This document shows positions 50,399 through 60,711 of a DNA stretch of 64,000 bases, one piece after another. The stretch's first letter is position 1; each line of letters starts with the position of its first letter. Under the pieces are notes generated by a model. That model was not told the origin of the DNA. It made no database searches and was given only the letters and a program-made list of their open reading frames with translations. Made by a program: the position numbers and the translations under genes. This stretch comes from an archaeon (lineage in GTDB: Archaea > Nanobdellota > Nanobdellia > Pacearchaeales > GW2011-AR1), in NCBI GenBank assembly GCA_043821585.1, contig JBDRCQ010000015.1, positions 135,341 through 199,340 on the forward strand, written 5' to 3'.

Positions 50399-53215
50399 AT
50401 GTTAGATTTCCATAAAGTTGAGAAGGACGTTCTGGAGTTTTGGGAGAAAGAGAAGATTTACGAGAAGGTTAAGAAAAAGAATTCTAAGGGAAAGAAGTTT
50501 TACTTTTTGCAGGGGCCGCCGTACACTTCGGGGAAGTTGCATATTGGGCAGGCGTGGAATAACACTATGAAAGACATGGCGTTGAGATATAAGCGGATGC
50601 AAGGGTTTGATGTTTGGGACAGGGGAGGATATGACATGCATGGGCTGCCGACAGAGAATGCTGTGCAGAAGAAAATGGGCTTCAAGAATAAAGATGAAAT
50701 TGAGAAACATGGCGTTGAGAAGTTCATCAAAGAGTGCATTAACTTTTCTGTAGAATATGCAGGTTACATGGATGAAGACTTATGGAAGATGGGTGTTTGG
50801 CTTGATCATAAAAATGCTTACAAACCCCTGACTAAAGACTATGTTAGTGGAGAGTGGTTTTTTTTCAAGAGGGCGCAAGAACAAGGCAGGCTTTACAAGG
50901 GAAAGAAAGTTATGCACTGGGACGCGGAGACTGAAACTTCTTTGGCGAAACACGAACTTGAGTACAAAACAGTGAAGGAAGAGTCTGTTTTCTTGAAGTT
51001 CAAGAAAAAGGGGACAAAAGATGAATACTTTGTTATTTGGACGACTACACCCTGGACGATTCCGTACAATCTTGCGATTATGGCAAATCCTAAGCTTGAA
51101 TATGTTAAAATAAAAGTTGATAAGGAGTATTGGATAATGGCGAAAGCGCTTGTGGACATTTTTATGGGCGCGGTCGTGGGGAAGAAGTTTGAAGTTGTTG
51201 ACAAGTTTATGGGGAGGGATCTTGAGGGCCAGGAGTACGAGCACTTTCTGGATGGAGACATGCCTGGCGTGTATAAAAGTTTGAAGAAAGAATGGCCGAA
51301 TGTGCATACAGTTATTTTGTCTAGAGATTATGTGGACACTTCGGCAGGGAGTGGGCTTGTGCATTGTGCTCCGGGGTGCGGGCCTGAAGACCAGGAGGTT
51401 GGAGCGCAGTATGGAATTGGCGCGTTCAACACGTTGAGTGAGAGGGGGGAGTTGGAAGGAGTTGGCAAGTACAATGGAATGGTTGCGAAGAAAGATGATG
51501 CAAAATTCATTGAGATATTTAGAGAGAAGGGCGTTTTAATTGCGACTAACGAAGTTGAGCATGAGTACCCGCACTCTGATAGAAGCAAGCAACCCGTTGT
51601 TTTCAGAACGACAGAACAATGGTTCTTGAGGACGGAGGATCTGATTAAGGACTTGTTGAGATTTAATAAGGAGGTTCATTGGGAGCCTAAACGATCTGGT
51701 GAAAGTTATGCAAGATGGGCCGAGAACTTGAGAGACAATGGAGTTACAAGACAGAGATACTGGGGCTGTCCTGTTCCTATTTGGATCAATGTTGAGGACG
51801 AAGAAGATTATATGGTTGTTGGAAGTTCTGAGGAGTTAGAGAAATTGACTGGGAAAAAGTTTGATGATTTGACAATTCATAGGCCTTGGATTGACAAGAT
51901 TATGATCGAAAAAGATGGGAAGAAATACAGGAGGATAGAAGACGTGGCAGACGTCTGGATTGATTCTGGAACTGCGTCTTGGAATTGTTTGTATAATGAT
52001 CCGAAGTTGATAAAGAAATATTTCCCTGCAGATTTGATTCTTGAGGCTACTGAGCAGACGAGACTGTGGTTCAGCCTATTGCAGATTTGTTCTGCTGTGG
52101 TTTTTGGAAAGACTTCGTATAAGAACGTTTACACGCATGGCATGATATTTGATTTTGAGGGGATGAAAATGTCTAAGTCGCTTGGGAATATAATCTCGCC
52201 TTATGAGGTGATAGATAAATATTCTGTTGACGTTATGAGAAATTATCTTTGTGCTGTGACTGCTGGGGAGACTATCAGTTTCAATTGGGAAGACGTCAAG
52301 GTTAAGCATAGGAATTTGATGATGTTGGCTAATATCGCAAATTATATTGGAGACTTGGAGACACATAAACCGAAGAAGGGCAAACCTGGCGTTGAAGAGA
52401 GATGGATAATCTCGAAGTATAACTCCACATTAGAGAGGGTAACTGAGTTGTTTAATGAGTATAGATTGGATGAAACTATTCCCTTGATAGAGGGATTGTA
52501 TGTCGCCCTTTCTAGAGATTACATTAAGTTTGTTAGGGATAAGGCCTTGGAAAATTCTGCTGTTCTTGAAACTCTGAAGGAAGTTTATTTGGGGATTTTG
52601 AAGATGTTTGCTCCGATCGTGCCGTTTATGACAGAATCTCTTTGGGGGCAGATGGGGCAGAAAGAAGAGTCCGTGCACCTTTGTAAATGGCCGAAGTTTG
52701 ACTTGAAGAAGATTGATACAGAGATTGAGGTTGAGTTTGATGTTGCAATGAAGATGATTGAAAAAGGCCTGGCCGAAAGAGATAAAGCGAAGGTTGGATT
52801 GAGATGGCCTTTGTCAAAAGCAGTAGTGAAAAGTTCGCTTAAGCTGAACGAGGAGCTGGAGAGTGTTGTGAAGGGTCAATTAAATATTAAGAGGCTTGAA
52901 ATCAAAAATGTGAAGGATAAAGAGATCCAAGTTGAGTTACATACTTTGATGACTCCTGCATTGGAAGCGGAGGGTTATTCCCGCGAATTGGCTAGAAAAA
53001 TCCAAGCTGAGAGAAAAAAGGCTGGCTTGAAGAAAGGAGAGCTTATTGATTTAGAAGTATTTGTCGACGGTAAATTGAAAAAAATGTTGGAAGAGCATCT
53101 TGACTTTCTGAAGGAAAGAACTAACTCAAGAGGAGTGAAATTCGTCGATAAAATTGACAAAGATGCCATTAATTTCAAAATTAAGGACGACAAAATTGAA
53201 GTAAAGTTTCACTGA
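50399..53215 (+). CDS. ileS: isoleucine--tRNA ligase (short form, HIGH signature reads HIGQ)
   Basis: GPPYTSGKLHIGQAWN, MHGLPTE, WTTTPWTIPYNLA and GSGLVHCAPGCGPED (editing domain), KMSKSLGN. Confidence 0.9.
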   Translation: MLDFHKVEKDVLEFWEKEKIYEKVKKKNSKGKKFYFLQGPPYTSGKLHIGQAWNNTMKDMALRYKRMQGFDVWDRGGYDMHGLPTENAVQKKMGFKNKDEIEKHGVEKFIKECINFSVEYAGYMDEDLWKMGVWLDHKNAYKPLTKDYVSGEWFFFKRAQEQGRLYKGKKVMHWDAETETSLAKHELEYKTVKEESVFLKFKKKGTKDEYFVIWTTTPWTIPYNLAIMANPKLEYVKIKVDKEYWIMAKALVDIFMGAVVGKKFEVVDKFMGRDLEGQEYEHFLDGDMPGVYKSLKKEWPNVHTVILSRDYVDTSAGSGLVHCAPGCGPEDQEVGAQYGIGAFNTLSERGELEGVGKYNGMVAKKDDAKFIEIFREKGVLIATNEVEHEYPHSDRSKQPVVFRTTEQWFLRTEDLIKDLLRFNKEVHWEPKRSGESYARWAENLRDNGVTRQRYWGCPVPIWINVEDEEDYMVVGSSEELEKLTGKKFDDLTIHRPWIDKIMIEKDGKKYRRIEDVADVWIDSGTASWNCLYNDPKLIKKYFPADLILEATEQTRLWFSLLQICSAVVFGKTSYKNVYTHGMIFDFEGMKMSKSLGNIISPYEVIDKYSVDVMRNYLCAVTAGETISFNWEDVKVKHRNLMMLANIANYIGDLETHKPKKGKPGVEERWIISKYNSTLERVTELFNEYRLDETIPLIEGLYVALSRDYIKFVRDKALENSAVLETLKEVYLGILKMFAPIVPFMTESLWGQMGQKEESVHLCKWPKFDLKKIDTEIEVEFDVAMKMIEKGLAERDKAKVGLRWPLSKAVVKSSLKLNEELESVVKGQLNIKRLEIKNVKDKEIQVELHTLMTPALEAEGYSRELARKIQAERKKAGLKKGELIDLEVFVDGKLKKMLEEHLDFLKERTNSRGVKFVDKIDKDAINFKIKDDKIEVKFH

Positions 53216-53281
53216 CTAGTAGATTAAAAAATGTTGCGTTGGTGTTGGAAAACATTTAAATACTTCATGGAACTATTTTAG

Positions 53282-54130
53282 TTGAGGTTGAGTAACTTTA
53301 GAATGATAATTAAAGATGAGTTTTTGAGCAGACTTAGGAAAATTTTTGACCTGAACTTATACGAGGCAAAGGTCTGGACTGCTCTGCTCTCGAGGGGTGT
53401 CTCCACGGCAGGAGAGTTAAGTAATATTTCTGATGTTCCAAGATCGAGGACGTATGATATTCTCGAGTCCTTAGAGAAGAAGGGCTTTATTATTATGAAA
53501 ATTGGCAAGCCAATTAAGTTTGTGGCTTTAAGGCCTGAAGAAGTGGTGGAGAGGGTGAAAAAAAATCTTGTTGTTGAGGCTCAATCTAAGTCTAAAAGGC
53601 TTGAGGAATTAAAGGGAGATGATGTTCTTTCCGAATTAACTGGTTTGTTTGAAAATGGTGTCAAGTTTGTTGAGCCTGCTGATTTGTCTGGGAGTTTGAG
53701 AGGTAGGCAGAATTTGCACAATCACCTTGATATGATGGTTCGATCTGCTGAGAAGAATATAACGTTGGTTACAACTGCTGATGGGTTGAACAGAAAGATT
53801 GAGGCTTTGATGCCTTCGCTAGAGAAAGCTAAGAAGAGAGGCGTTACTATCAAGGTTGCAGCTCCGATTACATCTGCTAATGCTAAACTTGCGAAGCAGC
53901 TTTCTAGGTTTGCAGATGTTAGGGATACAAAAGATAAGAATTTGAACGGAAGGTTTACAATTATTGATGATGGTCAGTTGATGTTCATGTTGACCGATGA
54001 TACAAACGTGCATCCGAACTATGATGTTGGCGTTTGGCTTTCTACAGATTATTTTGCGAAGGTAATGAATCAAATGTTTGAGTTGGCTTGGAGTGATTTT
54101 ACTCCTTTGTCTAAGGTTAAGATTAAGTAA
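53282..54130 (+). CDS. TrmB-family transcriptional regulator
   Basis: LYEAKVWTALLSRGVSTAGELSNISDVPRSRTYDILESLEKKGFI plus a C-terminal TrmB domain. The start is ambiguous: TTG at 53282 (near the predicted TSS) or ATG at 53303. Confidence 0.8.
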   Translation: MRLSNFRMIIKDEFLSRLRKIFDLNLYEAKVWTALLSRGVSTAGELSNISDVPRSRTYDILESLEKKGFIIMKIGKPIKFVALRPEEVVERVKKNLVVEAQSKSKRLEELKGDDVLSELTGLFENGVKFVEPADLSGSLRGRQNLHNHLDMMVRSAEKNITLVTTADGLNRKIEALMPSLEKAKKRGVTIKVAAPITSANAKLAKQLSRFADVRDTKDKNLNGRFTIIDDGQLMFMLTDDTNVHPNYDVGVWLSTDYFAKVMNQMFELAWSDFTPLSKVKIK

Positions 54131-54191
54131 GGCCTACGAGTTTTCTGGGTAGAAAGTTCTAAATAATTCTGTTTCTACCTGAAAGTTTAAG

Positions 54192-54989
54192 ATGTTAGAT
54201 CAATCGAAGAGATATAAACAGTTTTATTCTGAAAAGTGGTTAGAGAGATACTCTTTCTGGCATGAACTAATGGATGGCATGATAGAATCTCAGGTAGATG
54301 CTATTGTTGAAACTGTAAAATCTATGAATAAACCATTGGTTAGAGTTTTGGATGTCGGGTGCGGTATTGGAGATGTTACTAATAGGGCGCTCGAGAAGCT
54401 TAAGGAAGTGGACATTGAATTGACTGCAAATGATGCTTCGGAAGAGGTGCTGGAAAAGTATAAACTTGTTAATGAGGCCTATGGCCCTAAGATCATCCTG
54501 AAGGATATGGAAAGGTTGCCTGAGGCCATGGAATCTAGGTTTGACCTGATACTTTTCTCTCACTCATTGTATGGGGTTTCTCTAGAAGGTTTATTTGAGA
54601 AATATGTTGAGATGTTAAATGGGAATGGTTGTATTCTAATCTTCCTTACTTCGCATGATAGCGATACAATTCAGATAAGCAAGAAGTTTTGGAAGAGAGT
54701 TCACAAATGCGAGCATGATGAAACACTGGCAGAGGATGTTATAGACAAGATAAATCATTTGAAACTGGATTATTCAGTTAAAGAATTTAAACAAGAGGTT
54801 AACTTTGATAAATTGCGGAAGATTAAGAGCTCTGGGATAAGAGATCTTTTAGTTCCGTTCTTATTTAGGCTACAGGAGTTTAGTGAAAAAAATGAAATAG
54901 GCGATTACATGGAAAGATTATCTAGGAAAAAGAAAGTCTATAACATTATAAAAGCGATTACCGTTAGTGCTCGTAAAAGCTCTGGATAG
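54192..54989 (+). CDS. SAM-dependent methyltransferase
   Basis: VLDVGCGIGDVT motif I, ANDASEE, FDLILFSHSLY. Confidence 0.7.
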   Translation: MLDQSKRYKQFYSEKWLERYSFWHELMDGMIESQVDAIVETVKSMNKPLVRVLDVGCGIGDVTNRALEKLKEVDIELTANDASEEVLEKYKLVNEAYGPKIILKDMERLPEAMESRFDLILFSHSLYGVSLEGLFEKYVEMLNGNGCILIFLTSHDSDTIQISKKFWKRVHKCEHDETLAEDVIDKINHLKLDYSVKEFKQEVNFDKLRKIKSSGIRDLLVPFLFRLQEFSEKNEIGDYMERLSRKKKVYNIIKAITVSARKSSG

Positions 54990-55105
54990 TTGTAAAACAA
55001 GGGTGGGGTAAAGAATTTTAGTCATTCGATAATTACATAGTTCTATATACTCTGGTTTCCTTTTTTACATGAGATTATTGAATAAGGGTTCTTTAATTTT
55101 TAATT

Positions 55106-55252
55106 ATGAAAGCGTTGAAGTTTTATTGCACAGAGTGCGAAGCCATCCGGAAAATCATAGTGAAGCAGGTTAATGAATTTTATATTGTTGGGATTTGCGA
55201 AGAGTGTAGGTCTAAGATTACTATTAATCGCGCTAAAGCTAAAGCTATCTAA
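55106..55252 (+). CDS. small zinc-ribbon protein (48 aa)
   Basis: Not in the ORF track. MKALKFYCTECEAIRK...GICEECRSKI gives a CxxC...CxxC arrangement. Confidence 0.45.
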   Translation: MKALKFYCTECEAIRKIIVKQVNEFYIVGICEECRSKITINRAKAKAI

Positions 55253-55257
55253 AAAAA

Positions 55258-55524
55258 TTAGTGTCTTATTTTAACTAGATCTTTATCGAGATCAGCCTTC
55301 ATCACCTTTGCTGTGTGAAAGTAGACAAATTCATTTCCGCCGGCGTCTATGCTAGACAGAAGGTCCATTTTTACAAGTTTCTTTACTGCATGGGTTAACT
55401 CTTCGTTTGAGAAATCGAACTGTTCCTTGACAAGGTCAGAGTATTGACCAAACATTTTTCCGTCTGCTAATCTTGTTTCATTTAAGACTGTCAGAAACTT
55501 TGTTTCTTTTGGTGTTAATTCCAT
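55258..55524 (-). CDS. hypothetical protein, possibly winged-helix
   Basis: ORF. KETKFLTVLNE...ELTHAVKKLVKMDLL is HTH-like. Confidence 0.4.
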   Translation of the reverse strand: MELTPKETKFLTVLNETRLADGKMFGQYSDLVKEQFDFSNEELTHAVKKLVKMDLLSSIDAGGNEFVYFHTAKVMKADLDKDLVKIRH

Positions 55525-55598
55525 GTTTATGGACCCAAATCAGAGGTTATATATGTATGTATTTGAGGGTTTTGGTATGAAAAAAGTTGTGAGAAGTA

Positions 55599-55817
55599 CT
55601 ATACTCCTAGAAATTTGAGCAGTTCAAAGACAAGAAAAGCTGGCCAGACGATTGATTTCAAAACGCCTAAAACTCCGATCCAGAAGCCTGTAGCTATTGA
55701 GATGTAATATACTGCTGAGCCGAGGAAACCTAGGCCGTAAAAACAACCACCCCTGCACTTCCAGTCCTTGCTATTTCCGCAACAATCCACGTCCTTTTTT
55801 GTAGTTCTTTTCTTCAT
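55599..55817 (-). CDS. small Cys-rich membrane protein
   Basis: DCCGNSKDWKCRGGC followed by two TM segments. Confidence 0.45.
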   Translation of the reverse strand: MKKRTTKKDVDCCGNSKDWKCRGGCFYGLGFLGSAVYYISIATGFWIGVLGVLKSIVWPAFLVFELLKFLGV

Positions 55818-55918
55818 GTTTAATTTAGGTTTTTTTGCTATTTAAGTTTTACTAAATCTGGCATGAACGTCGCCCTCCATACAAAAACCCTTAAAACCCC
55901 TCATTTCTTGCATTGGGC

Positions 55919-56422
55919 ATGGAAAATATGATCTTTATGGATGGGGAATTTGCGAAGTTGAGCCCGGACGGAATTGACTTAATTTCTATTGGGCTTGTGA
56001 AACCTAGTGGAGAAGAGCTTTATCTTGAGATTGAGTTTGATGGGGAGTTGGATCCGTGGGTCAAGAGGAATGTTGTTCCGCACCTGGAGGGAAAGAAGGT
56101 TTCTCGGGGGGAAGCGGCTAGAAGGATTAGGAATTTTGTTGGGAAGGGGAGGCCGAGTCTTGTGGCGTATGTGAATCAGTTTGATTGGATGGGGGTTTGC
56201 AGGCTTTTTGGGGCGGAGGGCCCAAAGGACATAATCGGGAGACTGCCATTTCATTGGGTGCCAATTGATTTTGCCAGTATCATGATAAGCAAGGGCGTTG
56301 AGCCTGGGACGCCACCTCAAAAGGTCGCCTTGAAGTATGGCGTTGACACGTCAGACATTTGTAAGCACAATGCATTGGATGACGCGAGACTTTTGAAAAG
56401 AATTTATGATAAGGTTATGTAA
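55919..56422 (+). CDS. DEDDh 3'-5' exonuclease-like protein
   Basis: FMDGEF (DxE), QFDW, HNALDDARLL. The ATG is 25-26 nt from CTTAAAAC. Confidence 0.65.
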   Translation: MENMIFMDGEFAKLSPDGIDLISIGLVKPSGEELYLEIEFDGELDPWVKRNVVPHLEGKKVSRGEAARRIRNFVGKGRPSLVAYVNQFDWMGVCRLFGAEGPKDIIGRLPFHWVPIDFASIMISKGVEPGTPPQKVALKYGVDTSDICKHNALDDARLLKRIYDKVM

Positions 56423-56457
56423 AAAACCTTAAAACCTTCCTGTCTCTCTGTTTGTCT

Positions 56458-57123
56458 ATGATGAAGGCAGCAATATTTGATATGGATGGTGTCTTGGTTG
56501 ATAATCTTGGATACAACACAATCGCGTTTAATGAACTGTTAAGTAAGTATGGCATTCACCTAGACGCCGCATATCGTAAGAAGACAAGAGGCAGGTCCTT
56601 GAGAGATCAGATACAAATGTGGAAAGAAGATTTTGGAATAATGGAAGAAATAGATCCGTTGGATTTTTCAAAGAGGGCATTTGCTATTCAACTAAGACTT
56701 GCGAAAGAGAACATTAAGCCTGATGAAGACCTTCAAAGGTTAATTGGCGAGCTCAAAGAGAATAAGATCAAACTGGCAGTTGCTACTTCAAGCACCACTG
56801 ATCGAGCTAAAACTCTATTGGACTTGGTTGAAGTGAGAGATAAGCTGGATGTGTTGGTTACATCCGAAGATGTTGAAAAGCATAAACCCAATCCAGATAT
56901 TTTTCTCAAGGCCGCTGAGGAGCTTGGTGTGGACCCTGTTGATTGCATTGTTTTTGAGGATGCCTTGAATGGGATTCAGGCAGCCAATGCGGCCGGCATG
57001 AAATCTATTGCTTTATTAACAGAGCATACTACGAAAGAAGATTTTGAGGGTCTTGTCGATTTGGTTATCAGAAGTTTTTCTGAGATTAACGTGTCTAAAT
57101 TAAAGAGTTTGTTTGGAGATTAG
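56458..57123 (+). CDS. HAD-superfamily hydrolase (beta-phosphoglucomutase-like subfamily IA)
   Basis: AAIFDMDGVLVD, VATSS, KHKPNPDIFL, VFEDALNGIQAANAAGM. Confidence 0.85.
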   Translation: MMKAAIFDMDGVLVDNLGYNTIAFNELLSKYGIHLDAAYRKKTRGRSLRDQIQMWKEDFGIMEEIDPLDFSKRAFAIQLRLAKENIKPDEDLQRLIGELKENKIKLAVATSSTTDRAKTLLDLVEVRDKLDVLVTSEDVEKHKPNPDIFLKAAEELGVDPVDCIVFEDALNGIQAANAAGMKSIALLTEHTTKEDFEGLVDLVIRSFSEINVSKLKSLFGD

Positions 57124-57124
57124 G

Positions 57125-57871
57125 ATGTTCATAGATACACATTGTCATGTTTACGGTGAGAAACTTGATGGGCTGGTTGAGAACGCTCGAAAAGCTGGCG
57201 TGGGGATTGTTGTGAACAGTGGGGCGAATGTACGAGCGAATCGGAAGACTTTGAAGCTTGCTGAGCGGTTTAAGGAATTCAGGGCTACGATGGGACTGTA
57301 TCCTGCTGATGCGCTTAAAATGAGCGATGAGAAAATCGACAAAGAGATTGAGTTTATTCGTTCTCATGCTAACAAGATTGTGGCTATTTCTGAGATTGGC
57401 ATGGACTTTCAGGAGTCTGAGGAAAGAGAGAGGCAGGAGGAAATATTTAGGAAGTTTATCTCTTTGGCGCAGGAGCTTGATGTTCCGGTTGTTGTTCACT
57501 CCCGGAAAGCTGAGAAGGAGGTTGTGGAGGTCTTGGAGGATATGAAAGCTAAGAAGGTTGTTATGCATTGTTTTTCTGGTAGGACGAAGCTTGTTGAGAA
57601 GATTATAGAAAACGGATGGACCTTAACAATTCCAACCAATGTTGGAAGGAGCACTCATTTTCAGCACGTGGTTGGGAAAGCGCCGATTGAGCAGTTGTTA
57701 TGTGAGACAGATTCTCCGTTTTTGCATCCATTGGGAGGAGACCGGAAGAATGAACCGGCCAATGTTGTTGCGTCTTATGAAGGAATTGCTTCTTTGAAAG
57801 GGTTGAAATTAGAGGAAGTTGAGAGATTTTTGGAGGGTAATTTTAAGAGGTTATTTGGTTCACTGCCTTGA
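57125..57871 (+). CDS. TatD-family metal-dependent hydrolase
   Basis: MFIDTHCH, ISEIGMDF, PVVVHSR, MHCFSG, ETDSPF. Confidence 0.85.
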   Translation: MFIDTHCHVYGEKLDGLVENARKAGVGIVVNSGANVRANRKTLKLAERFKEFRATMGLYPADALKMSDEKIDKEIEFIRSHANKIVAISEIGMDFQESEERERQEEIFRKFISLAQELDVPVVVHSRKAEKEVVEVLEDMKAKKVVMHCFSGRTKLVEKIIENGWTLTIPTNVGRSTHFQHVVGKAPIEQLLCETDSPFLHPLGGDRKNEPANVVASYEGIASLKGLKLEEVERFLEGNFKRLFGSLP

Positions 57872-57880
57872 CAAATGGCC

Positions 57881-58450
57881 TTATGGGGAGTTGTTTTCTA
57901 ATTCCCAAAACCATTTGTCCTTGATCTCCCCAGTAATCCTATCCTTTTGCCCGTTCTTTATCTTTTTTATGACAACAAAACCTGATTTTTTCAAAACGCC
58001 ATGCGAACCCACATTATCTCCTTTTGTCTCTGCAACTAGTTTGTTCAATCTCAAATCCCTAAATGCAAATTCAACCATCCGTTTCACAGCCTCGGTTGCA
58101 TAGCCTTTCCCGCGAGATTCTTTGCTTAGTCCATAAACAATCAACCCCTCATTCTTATCTAGGTAAAGAGTGATCCAGCAAAGCCCAATTATTTTGTCAA
58201 TCACCTTTTCGTGAATTGCAAAATAATGTTTGTCTTCTAATGTCAAAACTTTCTTAATCCAAAATTCGGCATGCTCTAGGAGGTACGGGAAAGGCATGTC
58301 TCCAAATATTAACTTAGGGTCTTTAGTCAGTTCTACAAAATCGGGCGCTTCAGTTAATTCCCAGTTTCTTAGTATTAGTCTTTCACTCTCTAGTTTTGGC
58401 GATTTCATTTTATTAAATGTTGCAGATTCTTTATTAATCTGTCCCTCCAT
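57881..58450 (-). CDS. GNAT N-acetyltransferase (RimJ/RimL-like)
   Basis: LESERLILRNWE, SRGKGYATEAVKRMVEFAF, NVGSHGVLKKSGF. Confidence 0.85.
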   Translation of the reverse strand: MEGQINKESATFNKMKSPKLESERLILRNWELTEAPDFVELTKDPKLIFGDMPFPYLLEHAEFWIKKVLTLEDKHYFAIHEKVIDKIIGLCWITLYLDKNEGLIVYGLSKESRGKGYATEAVKRMVEFAFRDLRLNKLVAETKGDNVGSHGVLKKSGFVVIKKIKNGQKDRITGEIKDKWFWELENNSP

Positions 58451-58562
58451 TCAGATCGTCTTCAATTAATTCTTCATCCATATCCAGCTCAGAATCCTCT
58501 AGCCTCTCTTTGGCACATGAAAGATCAATATCGATATAGCGGCGTGTTTCGAATTTTTCCAT
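58434..58562 (-). CDS. candidate small acidic protein (42 aa)
   Basis: MEKFETRRYIDIDLSCAKERLEDSELDMDEELIEDDLNGGTD. Starts 1 nt after the amidohydrolase stop and overlaps the GNAT start by 17 nt. Confidence 0.3.
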   Translation of the reverse strand: MEKFETRRYIDIDLSCAKERLEDSELDMDEELIEDDLNGGTD

Positions 58563-58563
58563 T

Positions 58564-59568
58564 TTATTCATTCTCTCCCATGCGGTAGAATCTTTCGGCG
58601 TTCCCCCTGTAAAAATCCTTAAAGCAGCCATCAGGCATTTTTCCAATCAATTCTTCATCCATGTTCCAATCAGGACTTCCGTTATCGTTTCTGTTCCATG
58701 CAAAATCAACGTCATAAGCCAGCTTACTTGGGTCAGCCATTTCCATGAGATCTGTGACGTAGTCTCCTCCACGTTTTTTTACACGATATCCTCTTTTAGG
58801 ATCAAATCCTTCTATGTCTTCTTCTCTAGTGGTCAATCTAGGGCCAAAACCAACTAGAAATTGGTCGCCAGATTCTTTCACTTTTTCCCAGGATTCTTCG
58901 CAAAGTCTTAATCCGTGTGCTAGGGAGGCTCTAACTTCGTATTCCCTACACACGTTTATCCAATTTAATGGATCGTTAGCTCTCTGAATTAATTGTCTTC
59001 CGTCATGGGGTTGCGTGTTATAATCTGTGTGAAGAATTAATGGAACGTCATACTTTCTAACTGCTTCAAAAAATTCTGCAGGAATATCTCTGGGATCAAT
59101 GCCCCAGGAAGATCCGTGAATTTTTACGGCAATCGGCTTTTTCTTTAGAACAGATTTTAGATGTTCTTGTGTGTCGAGAAGCGGATGCACGTGTGGGGCA
59201 AAATGCAAACTCAGATCAGAACTTGATGCTTCTTCGACTTCTCGGGCAAGTCTTTCGTTTGATTCCGCAAACGGATTCTCTCTTACTGGCCCTCTGACCG
59301 ATTTTCCATCAGGTCCAACAATCTCAGAATAGGTGTTCATCTTCATTCTATCAACTTCCCAATTCACGGGAGTATAAACTCCCTCGGCGGTCTGATAGCG
59401 GGGGAGTGGAACTCCGATTAATACTGCTCTTGTTATGTTTTTTTCCTTAGCGGCTGCACAGTATCTTTCAAGGTCGCCGCTCGAAGTATCGGTATTACGA
59501 GCATCGGCCCCAATGTGACTATGTGTGTCGAATTTGTTTATTCTTCGGAGTTCTTGTTTTGTTATCAT
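58564..59568 (-). CDS. amidohydrolase-fold (TIM-barrel metal-dependent hydrolase) protein
   Basis: FDTHSHIG at the N-terminus, then KIHGSSW, LILHTDY. Confidence 0.75.
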   Translation of the reverse strand: MITKQELRRINKFDTHSHIGADARNTDTSSGDLERYCAAAKEKNITRAVLIGVPLPRYQTAEGVYTPVNWEVDRMKMNTYSEIVGPDGKSVRGPVRENPFAESNERLAREVEEASSSDLSLHFAPHVHPLLDTQEHLKSVLKKKPIAVKIHGSSWGIDPRDIPAEFFEAVRKYDVPLILHTDYNTQPHDGRQLIQRANDPLNWINVCREYEVRASLAHGLRLCEESWEKVKESGDQFLVGFGPRLTTREEDIEGFDPKRGYRVKKRGGDYVTDLMEMADPSKLAYDVDFAWNRNDNGSPDWNMDEELIGKMPDGCFKDFYRGNAERFYRMGENE

Positions 59569-59686
59569 TTTATTCGTTCCCCCTTTTTAGGGGTAATAGT
59601 AATAAGTAAGTTCTATACTTAAAACTTATTCTGATATCTTTTGTGTGATAGTTAAGTTTATAAACTATATTGGATAATCTACAAAT

Positions 59687-60661
59687 ATGAAGATTGATTT
59701 ATTAGATTCTAAGATTTTACACGAGTTAGGAATGGATGCTAGGCAAACGAATTCGCAGATAGGCAAGAAGATTGGGACCTCTCAGCAGGTCGTTAGTTAT
59801 AGGATAAAACAATTAATGGATAAAGAGATTATAACCGAATTTTTTACGGTGATTCATTTTGGTGCTTTTGGTTTTTCAAATTATGTGGCGATGATCAAAC
59901 TTCAGGATGTTGAAGATCAAAAGAAAAAAGAAATAATCTGGGGTTTGTCTAAGAGGGACAATATCTTGCTTATCTCAGAATGTGGGGGGCGATGGGATCT
60001 AATTGTGAATATTGTGGCAAAAAGTTCCGCCAATTTCGAACAGGAATTTTCTGAGATTTTGGAAGAATATGCGGCAAACATTTCAGATTATGACCTGTTC
60101 ATTTCATTGGGAGGATCAAGTTTTGGAAGAAAATACATTCATGAAGGAAAAGATCAAAGAAAGACTGTTTCGTTCGGTGAAGAAAAGATAATAAAGATCT
60201 CAGATTCTGAGCTGAAGATATTAAGGTCATTGTCCAAGAGTGCAAGAAAAAGTGCTGTAGAAATTGAGTCTGAAATTGGGATCAACTATAAAACTGTAAT
60301 CCAAAAGATTGATGGCCTGAGAAAGAGAGGTATAATTACGGGATTTCGCCCTTTTATTAACGTATTAAAATTAGGTTACTTTCCAAGTAAAATTTATTTG
60401 GATATAAACAAGATGACGCGATTGGAGGAAAGGAAATTTACGGAGTTCTTGTCTTCTAAAAAGAATGCAGTCGGGACATTAAGAATGATTGGAAAGTGGA
60501 ACTTTTCTATAACAATTGAAACGAGCAATCAAGAGGAAACGTGGGAGTTCTATAAAGAGATACAAAATTATCTCGGAGGGAAAATAAGGTCAATTGAATT
60601 AATTCCTGTCTTTAAGAAACATGAGTACAAATATTTCCCAGAAAGTTTGTTGCATGACTGA
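59687..60661 (+). CDS. tandem Lrp/AsnC-type HTH regulator
   Basis: Two HTH_AsnC-like modules (LDSKILHELGMDARQTNSQIGKKIGTSQQVVSYRIKQLMDKEII and SELKILRSLSKSARKSAVEIESEIGINYKTVIQKIDGLRKRGII), each followed by an effector-like domain. Confidence 0.75.
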   Translation: MKIDLLDSKILHELGMDARQTNSQIGKKIGTSQQVVSYRIKQLMDKEIITEFFTVIHFGAFGFSNYVAMIKLQDVEDQKKKEIIWGLSKRDNILLISECGGRWDLIVNIVAKSSANFEQEFSEILEEYAANISDYDLFISLGGSSFGRKYIHEGKDQRKTVSFGEEKIIKISDSELKILRSLSKSARKSAVEIESEIGINYKTVIQKIDGLRKRGIITGFRPFINVLKLGYFPSKIYLDINKMTRLEERKFTEFLSSKKNAVGTLRMIGKWNFSITIETSNQEETWEFYKEIQNYLGGKIRSIELIPVFKKHEYKYFPESLLHD

Positions 60662-60711
60662 TTAACCGCGTTAATGGAATATTTTATAAATTGCATTTAC
60701 GGGCTTCTTGA

